Source: Octopus vulgaris
Lineage: Eukaryota
Reading direction: 5' to 3'
Assembly: GCA_951406725.2 (NCBI GenBank)
Contig: OX597820.1
Coordinates: 1,240,001 to 1,304,000, forward strand
DNA length: 64,000 nt
In this document: positions 53,663-64,000 of the stretch, piece after piece
How the letters are laid out: every line of letters begins with the position of its first letter
Numbering within the stretch: position 1 is the first letter of the stretch
Notes under the pieces: generated by a model
What the model was told of the DNA's origin: nothing
What the model saw: only the letters and a program-made list of their open reading frames with translations
Databases searched by the model: none
Made by a program: the position numbers and the translations under genes

Positions 53663-53707
53663 TTACTAAATGAGCATTTCTGCATCTTTAGAATTCGTCA
53701 GTAGCAA
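53663..53707 (-). ncRNA. Degenerate hammerhead-like motif, copy A of a dispersed repeat
   Basis: TTGCTA CTGACGA attctaaagatgca GAAA TGCTCA TT TAGTAA; homologous to 57272-57316. Confidence 0.35.
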
Positions 53708-55083
53708 GAACCTATTAGCAACTGCATGTTTAAACAAAATCAACCGGGACTGATATAGTAAAACAGTGATTAAAAAAACAAACTTCCCTAATGTTACAAA
53801 TAGCCGCCGGGCTCGGTAAAAAATTAATTATAAGCGATTAGCGCTATACGTTAACGAGAGATGCTATCTTGAGACGAATATCCCAGTTTATCAGGTTCTC
53901 AACGACCAAATATCTGCTCCAAATATGATACGCAAATTCCTATTCTGAACTAAAACTGCTTCGTTCGCTCATAGCGAATTTTAATGCGGGAATTTCTGAT
54001 AAATATTTTAACAGAAGTTTTAACCTTCACTACACTGTAGTTTAATTAATTATTTTTTTTAATAACGCAGCCCAAGCAGTATCAGATTTCTATTACTAAA
54101 GTCTAACACCATGAAATATTAGATCTTTGATCAATGCTTCATATATTTAGGGTTAATTCTCAGCGAAATATTAACAAAATGCTAAAATGTCTTTTCTTCT
54201 ATTTTAAACTCAACTCAAATGCTATGGAATGATTATCAGGACACCATTCCTGTTCCTCTACTTTAAAATCCCAGACGACTTGCCTATATTGCTTGCAAAT
54301 GGTCATCTTTCCATATTCTAAGAACAAACCATGTCATCATTTCAACAAACTTGATTTACTTGACGAAATTTTTTCTCTTTTCGTCTCACTTCAGCTCGTT
54401 AGCAACAGGGATTATCTCCCATAGACTTTTTACTCTGCCAAACATGAAGCGAATATCTGGCGAGAAAATGCCAAAAACGAGTGGAAAGCAGTTCTTTGAA
54501 GATTTGTGCATCAACAATCACTAATTTCAATGAACATAAGCTATTCACAGATTTATACTAAAGTTTAGGTAATATTTCTTTCATGTTTTAATAGAAAAAA
54601 TGTGTAATTTATAGTGAAATAATTACGGGTCCAGGGACCCAATTTTGATCGAAGTAGCAGGCTATCAGTGAATATATAGTATAGGGCCCAATGCAACGAG
54701 TTGCCCAGGGGTCTATAATGTTGCTATGGTAACTCTGGAGGAAACCGTTAGAGCGTGGGACAAAATATCTGTATTCCCATCGAGATCACGTTCACGCTTC
54801 ATCTTTCTGGCGGCGTTATTTTGTCTCAACCATTAATAAAGAGAATGTGCAAAAATATTTCCAAATATTTCATATTTTTGGAGGTCGTTGATCTTTGTCA
54901 GTTTGAGTACTGCTAGGTTTCATTTAAGCCATCTCAATTATTGCCTATTTATCATTGAATTTCTTCCTATAATCTCTTTAATAATTAATAAGATCAAAGT
55001 TACTCTCCAAAACTGCACTTTTTGTGTGTGTGTGTGGAGGGGGTTTCACTTATCTATCTTAATAATTTCCAAAGCCATCTGAA

Positions 55084-55316
55084 CTAACCCATTAAGTCCC
55101 AGAGTACTTTAATTTCTGAATATTACTTTAAATTTTTTACAGATGATTGAAAATAGGTTAAAATGAAAAAAATAATTATTAAAACTCCTTTACTTCAAGT
55201 AGAAATGGAAATACTCGGTGTCCTATAAATAGGATACTGGTACAATGTGATTACAGCTTATTTTAAGGTTCTCATTTAGTGTCCTATTTATAGGACAGTG
55301 GAACTTAATGGGTTAA
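55084..55316. mobile_element. piggyBac-type MITE
   Basis: cTAA-cccattaagtccca ... tggaacttaatggg-TTAA; internal palindromic gtcctataaataggat motifs. Confidence 0.65.
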
Positions 55317-57271
55317 CGCGAAAAAAGTAGCATTTTATGGTTATTTGGCAGCTTTATTCTTCCTCCACAAATTTTATTTATCATTTCTGAAATTTGAATA
55401 AATTTTACCTCTTTTCAAACATATAATGATAGAGTAACAGAAAGGAAGAAAAAAACCCAACGAATTTATCTGACAACTCAGTAAAAAAAAATGGCATGTA
55501 TGACTAGCTACATGAAAACATTGACAGTTATATGTTTTCCAAGGATACCAGTTACACGATGTGGAGTATTCTCGCAGACAATTTGGTCTGTTGTAACATT
55601 CATTATATTATTTCACCTTGTGTTTATGTATTCTATCAACCCTAGAGAGGTACAAATTAACAGTGATCTGGAGAAGGTTTATCTTGTCTTTAAAAGCAAA
55701 ATTGTTCCATAACCAACGCATTTGAAATACCTTAATGAACAACAACAGATAAGAAATGAAAATATTATCAATTCTTCTAGCAGACTTTTAAATACCACAC
55801 AGATATAGTTTGAAATATCAAAGGAACCTCAACGTCGTTTGACTTGCTAAAAACAACAGCTAAATTTCGCATATCACACCCTAGAAGCTTTAAAAGGAAG
55901 TCACATCGGCTAAAATAGTCCTCAGTACACCATGCCTGAAAAATGATCGAGGATGGTCATAGATGGAACGCTTTTGAATATTCAAGGATGGCTTGGGGTT
56001 AAACAACAACTAAGCAGTGATTGTGTGTGTGTGTGTCCTCTTCCACCACTGCTTGACAACCGGTGTTGGTTTGCTTACGTTCCAGTAACTTAATGGTCCA
56101 GCAAAAAATAGGTATTAGGCTTTAAAAAAAAAAACCCAATTCCCTGGGTTCCCTTTGTTCGACTAAGACCGTTCAAAGCGGTGCCCCAGCATGGCCGCAG
56201 TCCAATGACTGAAACATGTATAAAGTAGATTGTATTGTCTTACTCTAATATCTTGTCTGAACGAGGAAATGTGTTCCATCTGAGAGTAAAATCAGCCAAG
56301 AGTCTGTCTTTAAGGAGAAATGGGTTTTTTTCATGAAAACCAAAAGAATTTCTGCTATTCAAGAGCTTCCCTTCAGAACCTTTGGGTGCATGTACACCCA
56401 GCGGGTTCTCAAAATAGAAGCCGATTTGAAATGAGGCACTGAAGCAATTAATGAGTGTGAATTGGTAGGGAAATTAAAATTTGATGTTATCGCAAGCAAA
56501 ACAAAATCTCCATCTCGAGAGCAAAGGGATTAACGTTGCCAAAAGCAAAATGGCTGACAGTTTCTTCTTTTTTGTGGAAATACTCATCTACAGAGTAGAC
56601 TCAAAAGTAAGTCAACCTATAACAATAATAATCGTTTCTGCTATAAGCACAAGAACTGAACATTTGTGGGGAAGAGGACCAGTCGATTACATCGACCCCC
56701 AATACTTGACTGGTACTTATTTCATCGATCCTGAAAGAGTAACAAGAAAAGTTGAGCTTGTATGACCGCAGTCCAATGATTGAAACAAGTCAAATTTTCT
56801 ATCAGTGATTTGCATTGTCTAAATATTCCTTCTTTTTCTCAACCCTTCAGATCCCGCATTATCTATTACACCCGTTCCTTTCTTTACAAAACGTTGGAAC
56901 TCTGGAATGCTCTCTCAAGCCATGTCTTTCTCGCTACTGTTCACTTGACATCTGTTTAAACAGAATATTAATGGTTTCAATTTCACAATCTCAAAGACCC
57001 TGCAAAGGCCACGAATGCAGCCCATTTCTGCAGACCACACTAAAAATATGAACTCAATCGCCTTCTTTTTCGTGAGGGACAGAAAATTTCGTTATTACCA
57101 ACGGAAGTAGTATTAATTCAGAATAGTAGTTTGTATATTGCAGATGTACTGCAGAAAGCCCTGAAATCACAGTATTCATATCGAGAAAGCATTTTGTATG
57201 GACGTATAGTGTTTAAAAAACACAGAAATATTTCAGTAGCAGATGAAAAGTGTTTAGCAGAGGTGATGTAA

Positions 57272-57316
57272 TTGCTAAATATGTATTTCTGCATCTTTGA
57301 GCGTCATCAGTGGCAA
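57272..57316 (-). ncRNA. Degenerate hammerhead-like motif, copy B
   Basis: TTGCCA CTGATGA CGC tcaaagat GCA GAAA TACATA TT TAGCAA. Confidence 0.4.
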
Positions 57317-57819
57317 GCATCACTATCAGCCGCGTGCTAAAACAAATTTACTCTTGATTAACTAATCACTGGGGTCGCAATTAGCTGGCAGAAAAATACT
57401 TGTCTTCTAAACAGTTACTGGAACTCTACAAGAGAAAATTACATCTGTGATGCCTTAGTCATCAGGCACACAAAAAAGACAGCATCCTAAAAATGCCATC
57501 CATCTGTTAGGCAAGCTGTTTCTCAGCAACATGTTACGCAAACTAGCAAACCGCTCAACAATAAATGGCAATCCTTCTGAAACATGTTCCATATATTTGC
57601 CTCTTCTTTTATTCCAATTCCGACTTCGTTTAAACAATTTACTGAACACTTTCTTCCAATTTCCCTTCCCATTTTTCTCCCTTGCTTATGTCACCTGGAA
57701 AAATGCCGACATAATAAACAGGAAATCCCCTGCTAGTTACAACAACTAGATCTAACTCATATCACATCCATCTTTAAAAAGCAAGAACACATTGGATGAT
57801 ATAATCCTAGATACACTGT

Positions 57820-57870
<51 letters not shown>

Positions 57871-58064
57871 AACTATCTTCATATATCAGCCTGATAAAGA
57901 CTACAACATTCCTTTGGCATTTTTCAGTGTCTAGGCAGTAAGTTTTCTGCAAACAATGGCATGTTTGCTGCGATACTGCCAGACACAGTAACTTCAGATG
58001 CACATAGATAATGTGTTATAGAAAAATCTATGAAACGAAATCCATGAACAGCTCAGATGCTTAC

Positions 58065-58318
58065 CTGGTGCAAATCATAATGGAAGTTTTAAAGCTAAAT
58101 TAAGGAAAGGGTAGATATATTCAAAGAATGTTTAAAGAACTGCAGCTTGCGTTGACAAGCTGGTTTTGGAAGCACGTATAAAAGGTGGGGAGATGTTGCA
58201 TGGTAAAGAAACCTGGACATTGATGGTGGAAGATCAATTGGAAACTGGAGAAAATGAAATGAATATATTTCTTTGGAAGGGGACTGAGTCAATCGAGAGA
58301 GTGGCTACGTGTATTTAA
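58065..58318 (-). promoter_or_regulatory. Candidate core promoter and non-coding first exon of the troponin I-like gene
   Basis: TTAAATA at 58318-58312, starting 33 nt upstream of the A of an Inr-like TCAGTC (A at 58285); perfect CAG|GTAAGC donor at 58065. Confidence 0.35.
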
Positions 58319-60013
58319 GACATTGATTAACAGGTAGAAAGATGACAACTGCACGGATAGGGATGTGGTGTAAATAGTTGATGAATGATGGATGAAAAAC
58401 ATTAGTGGAGAGTAACTGGCGAAGTATATTTTGTTAAGTATTATTTATGCCACAGAACCTCTCAAAACTAGACACCAATATCTAAGCATTATCACAGAAT
58501 ACCAATGTAAGTGATCCCCACAAACTATGATCCAACAAACACTTTCCACTTTACAAGAATAAAGAAAAACCCAGAATAATGAAAGTAACATGTAAGAAAT
58601 TTACAATCGAGCATAACAAACGTATATTCCCATCATCAGCTGCCAAACGGATATCACTATGGTTTCGACACTTGGGCACCATTCAATCCAGCGGTGTCAA
58701 CAGCATTAAAAATATAAACACTGCCTGGAAAACCACCAGATTCTTACTAAAAGTAACATCAGAGTAAACAAACATTGATGACTTATAACTACAAAATAGT
58801 GTTTATAACAAAGAACTTAGTCCAAAAAGCACATAAAGACAATACAACATAGACAACTCAGTGTGTGTGTGTATACACAGATAGATATTGGAAATTGAAT
58901 AGCAAAATGTATATGTTTGTGTGTATAAATGTGTGTGTGGTGCGGGGGGGGTGCTCTTTTTTTTTATCAGTTGGTGAGATTTTTTTAAAGATATTAACAG
59001 ATGTTTTACAATGAGATTGTTGGAATGTTAGTAACTAATCCTAAACCATAAAAGAAAATAGTTTTTTGAATGTTTATTATGTCACAAAGGTTTAGACAAC
59101 TGTAACTGCGTATATGTATGTGTGTGAGTATGTATATACGTCTGTGTGTATCTGTGTGTGTATTTGCATATATTTGTGTCTAGACCTGTTGGTGCATACA
59201 TATTTGTAACTATATATATGTGTGTTTATATATAGAGCAATAAGAAAATGGAGGGGATCAATAGGTGATATTGATCGACTTTTAGACATTATATGATGTC
59301 AACTTATTTATTTATTTACTAAAATGACAATTGCAAGAATATACATACATGTATGACATATTATGCTTTACATATAAAATATATTAATGTGTTTATATAT
59401 GAATATTTGTGTGTCTTATATACGCATATGTACGACGTGTGTGTTATGTCTTTTTTACGTTCTACAACTTAGTATTTCAACATAGCAGTTGATAAAATAA
59501 GTACTAGGCTAAAATATGTCCAGGAGTGAGAAAGATTGATGAAAGCCCTGCAGACGATGACCCAACGTGGCTGCCGACTGGAAACAACAGAAGACAGCAA
59601 TAAAAGAACACACACACGTACACACACACACACACACACACACACATCTACATACATCCATCTACATACATCCATTTTTACATACATATACAGGCATGCA
59701 TCCGCCCATATATACATACATGCATACTTGCACACGCACACACACTCACATATACAGGGGTGCAAACACACAATTACATACACACATCACATGCCTACAC
59801 ACACTTGCATACATACAGATATGCCTACACACGCATTTGGTATCTTAATGTCCGACCGCAACTTCTGTTCCGATTGAGTAAACATTGGAATGGAAGGAGA
59901 CATCTCTGCTACCATACAGACACATATATACTATTTCAATACAGTATTTCGTTTTGCGACCATTAAATACTACAAACTATATTAAAGGCTTACAAGTAAA
60001 TATTGTGTGATGT

Positions 60014-60635
60014 TAGGGCGGTGAGCTGACAGAAACGTTAGCTGTATTTCGTCTGCCATTACGTTCTGAGTTCAAATTCCGCCGAAGTCGACTTTGCCTT
60101 TCATCCTTTCGGGGTCGATAAATTAAGTACCAGTTACGCACTGGGGTCAATATAATCGACTTAATCCGTGTGTCTGTCCTTGTTTTTGTCCTCTTTGAAT
60201 TTAGCCCCTTGTGGGTAGTAAATAAATAGGTATTTCGTCTTCCGCTACGTTCTGAGTTCAAATTTAGTCGAGGCCGGCTTTGCCTTTCATCCTTTCGGGT
60301 TCGATAAATTAAGTACCAGTTGCATACTTAGGTCGCTCTAATCGACTAGCACCTTCCCCAAAAAATTTCGGGCCTTGTGCCTAGAGTAGAAAAAAATAAT
60401 ATTGTATGATGTTAGGGTGGCGAGCTGGCAGAATGGTTAGCACACCGGGCGAAATGCTTGGCGATATTTCGTCTGCCGTTGTTCTGAGTTCAAATTCTGC
60501 CGAGGTCTACTTTGCATTTCATCCTTTCAGGGTCGATTAGATAAGTACCAGTTACGCACTGGGGTCGATATAATCGACTTAATCTCTTTGTTTGTGATCT
60601 CTATGTTTAGCCCCCATTGGACAATAAAGTAATAA
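60014..60635 (+). mobile_element. Cluster of three tRNA-derived SINE copies (family with core gcctttcatcctttcggggtcgataaattaagtacc, Nin/Deu-like)
   Basis: Heads ggcggtgagctgacag at about 60017 and ggtggcgagctggcag at about 60416; B box gagttcaaattc. Confidence 0.9.
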
Positions 60636-61997
60636 ATATTGTGTGAGGTTCTCATTTTTAAGTTTATCTCTGCATGTTTCCTACAAAATTCAGAGCATCG
60701 TAACTGCCATCACAGGCTTTGAATTCTAAAGAAAATCCGTTACAGACAAACCGTTACTATAATAGGAGGTCGAACACATGGCTTATTGCATTGTACTCTA
60801 GACCACAAAACTGAAAGCTACTCGGAATTCTTGCCTAGCATCGCACAATCCACCCACCCAGATGTTCTTCTCCTTCCCATACACCCTCTTTACATGCTTG
60901 GGAGGAATTTCTGTATCTGTGTAGGAGACTGTACCACTATGCATTCTGCCTTCCTCGTCTCTCTTGCATCCTCAGCAGCTTCAATCTATACACCTGCAAT
61001 CCTCTACCCATCCACCGTTCCAATCTGTCCCATAGAGCCAAGCCGTTCCCATCTCCATTCCTAGAACCACATAACTCATTCCATTTGGTCATTAATTAGT
61101 GACTAATTTTTTACTCAATGTATCATCCATTTGATTTCCTCACTAATCCTTCTTGGAGAAGAAAGAAGCTAAAAAAAGAAAAAAGGCTGATATCTGAGAC
61201 TATGTTGTATAATGCAATCTTAGATACACAATGCCTGAAAAGAAAAAAAAAAGATGGGATGGTCATTGCTGGATTGTTGGAATGCTTTTACTCATATGTC
61301 TGTGCTTAAGCAGAGATAACTAACCTGGAGATGATTATTTGAAGATTATACTGATGCAGCTTTCAGACATGATTTATGAGAAAGAGAGGGAGTGGGGGAG
61401 AGAGAGAGAGAGTGTGTGTTAAGAAAGGGTAGAGAAGAGGAAGTGAGAGAGGATGTGAGAGGATGAAGATGAATTTTAGTCAAAGAAAGAAATATTTAAT
61501 TTGGTAAAAGTAATTTTTATTTTAGTTCATTATTGGTCTGCTCTTTCTTTTTATTTTCATTCTTACACTCTCTCTCTCTCTCTCTTCCTCTCTCTAATAG
61601 TCTGTCATTTCTCACCTTCATTCATACACAGTCTCTCTCTCTCTCTGCATTTTTATTGTTTCTTTCCTCTCTTTCTCTCTGTCCATATACACAAGAAAAG
61701 CATAAATAAAGGGCTTTACATATTCCTTTGTCATCGTAGACTCTTGCAGATGATTCTGATATGCATCACAGAGGCATTCGGAGTTCCATTGATGCGATCA
61801 GTCAATCGATCAATTCAATAAAGCTGAACAACTTTAACAAAGTATTACCTGAAGTTCTAAATCAGTCTGAAACACCTTTTGTTAACCTAATGTATTTGTA
61901 TTAGTAGAGAGCTTAAGAAGTTGTTTTGCTCAGATTAATAATCCCTTATTAATAACTCTTTACATACATACATACATATATGTATGTATGTATATAT

Positions 61998-62032
<35 letters not shown>

Positions 62033-62038
62033 CATGTG

Positions 62039-62070
<32 letters not shown>

Positions 62071-62073
<3 letters not shown>

Positions 62074-63142
62074 TAGAGGTGCCACAAAGTAATGTTGCAT
62101 TTCATGTGATGCATTTAAATCATCATAAAGCATATCATAAATATATTTATTCGTTTAAAATAGAATTGTCATTGTTAGCAAAGTCATTTTCCTACTTCAA
62201 AACCATTTTTCTGATTCTTCAGGCAAAATAGAAACCAGGTTCTTCAGAAGAGAAAAATGTTTGGAGTGCCACCAGTTTGACAATGTTCCTGCTTTTGAAT
62301 GTGTTTCCAATTGGTTAAATGTTCAAGGGACCAAAATAAGAGAAAACCTGATGGTTTTAGGTCTTGTGAGTGGAGAGGATGAGTTAGAGCTTCCTAACCA
62401 AATGAATTTATCCTTCCTTCGGTTACCTATTTTATTCTTGTGTGGGAACACCTCATGTGGTACCGCTTTTCCTTCTTTATGCACTTTCCCAGTCTGATTG
62501 AGATGCTCTTGCACTGTGGACCAAGGTTTATTTAGGGTCTGGGGAAAGTCTCCACTACTTTGACGTGGATCCTCTTCAATGGCTGTTTTCACTGTTTCAT
62601 TATTGAGAACAACTGATTCCATAGAGGTCAACTTTGCCTTTCATCCTTTCGAGGTTGATGAAATAAGTACCAGTTACACACTGGGGGTCGATGTAATTGG
62701 CTAGCCCTCTTCATCGCCAAAAAATTTTCAAGGCCTTGTGCCTAGAGTAGAAATAATTGTTGAGAACAGTTGGTTTTCCTGATCGACACCCATCCAAATG
62801 ATCGAAATCACCATTTTCAGGTTTTTTAAACCTCATTTGGCATTTTCAAACAATCCCACCATCAGGATATACCCTAAACAGGTTTACCCTTGCTCATGTT
62901 GCATTGGGTCCCTTATGAAATTTATAAAGCATGCAATGTCAAATATGTTGCTCTTAAAGTTCTCCTTTCCCCAGGGGCCAGCAGAGCATCAACATGCACA
63001 CAGTGTTTGTCCACATTAATGCCTCATCAAAAACTTCTCTGACTCGTTGATTGCAAGACCATCTTTTATTCGCTTAGAAAAAAACCTTGTGGTGACGTCA
63101 GACTATTTACTTGAAATTACATTACTTCTGGTGTCCCTAATA
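62071..63142 (-). mobile_element. Internally deleted mariner transposon pseudogene, interrupted by a SINE (62622-62752)
   Basis: Degenerate TIRs tactagaggtgccacaaagtaatgt / tattagggacaccagaagtaatgt; minus translations HI*HCMLYKFHKGPNAT, FKKPENGDFDHL-RSGKP, AIEEDPRQSS...WSTVQEHLNQTGKVHKEGKAVPHE (WVPHEL-like), and C-terminal FFSSEEPGFY. Confidence 0.8.
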
Positions 63143-63470
63143 TAATTCCACTTTTCACACATTATTCAATGGATCTATTTTGTCTGTCTCCCTGTCTCCC
63201 ATCCACCAGTCTACCTCTCCATTTATTTATGTCTGTCTATCATTCACTTCTTTCTCAATCTTTTTCAATCATTTCTCTCTGTTTATTACGACAGACTTAG
63301 AAATGCCTTGCAAATGAAAGAATTTAATGCATTACTCAAACCTTTCCTTCCTCACACCCTGCAGAAGATACGGTTTAGTATTTCTCGTTTGCTATTTCTC
63401 TTCCTATCTAATCAGTTCAAGCATGATTCATGGATAGACACAGCTAAATTTACCATTTATACTTCACCTA

Positions 63471-63501
<31 letters not shown>

Positions 63502-63819
63502 TCACTTTCTTTTTCTCTCTTTTTTTTCTTTCAGGATTGTCATCTCCTCTCTCCATCTCTTTCATTCTGTCTACATTTCAGTGTGTGTGTGTGTGTGTAA
63601 CCTCCTCCTCCAATATGTCGGTCACATTGATAGGAAAGTCTACCACACAATCCCCTCATTCTCATTGCTATAAACAGAAGCAATTGCTGTCGTTTCACCC
63701 TTTGCCTCTTCTACGTCTCACATGAGACACAGGAACATATTTGTTCCATGCATATTTCTAATTTGTTTCCAACCACCAGAGTATCTTGGGACTTATGAAA
63801 GGAAAGCTTTATATAATAC

Positions 63820-64000
63820 ATGGTTCCGGGTTCAGTCCCACTGCGTGGCACCTTGGGCAAGTGTCTCCTAATATAGCCTCGGGCCGACCAAAGCCTTGTG
63901 AGTGGATTTGGTAGACGGAAACTGAAAGAAGCCCATCGTATATATGCGTGTGTGTGTGTATGTGTGTGTGTCTGTGTTTGTCCCCCCAACATCACTTGAC
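63820..64000 (+). mobile_element. CORE-like tRNA SINE (5'-truncated, runs off the window)
   Basis: catggttccgggttcagtcccactgcgtggcaccttgggcaagtgtct... Confidence 0.9.

Noticed and set aside
58480-58870. Possible Penelope ORF remnant
   Set aside because: A-rich and coding-like, but no diagnostic RT or GIY-YIG motif recognisable by eye.
60800-61070. Possible LINE RT remnant or 92-aa ORF
   Set aside because: Only vague similarity; no motif I can support.

Overview
This is AT-rich eukaryotic genomic DNA, dense in microsatellites and SINEs. The SINE families, (TA)n/(CA)n/(ATC)n tracts and MITEs point to an octopod cephalopod (inference). Nearly all ORFs in the supplied track are microsatellite or SINE artefacts. 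The real coding content is the 5' half of a large, intron-rich gene on the minus strand, which I recognise as molluscan troponin I (long N-terminal isoform). Its ATG exon is at 48441-48340 (MSSLEERREARRRKRMQEES), followed by 21634-21544 and 18502-18458 (DSRRSRRRRGGDDRE). Several frame-preserving phase-2/phase-2 cassette exon candidates lie in between. I could not find the conserved TnI core, which presumably lies beyond the left edge. The introns carry: a set of minimal, Penelope-type hammerhead ribozyme motifs, including a U3-A8 compensatory-core pair inside a ~450-bp palindrome; a SINE internally amplified into a 10 x 151-bp array; a Dong/R4 retrotransposon fragment in a (TAA)n tract; RTE and mariner remnants; piggyBac-, hAT- and Tc1-type MITEs; long hairpins; and several minisatellites. 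Repeat boundaries are approximate. Exon boundaries were read base by base.
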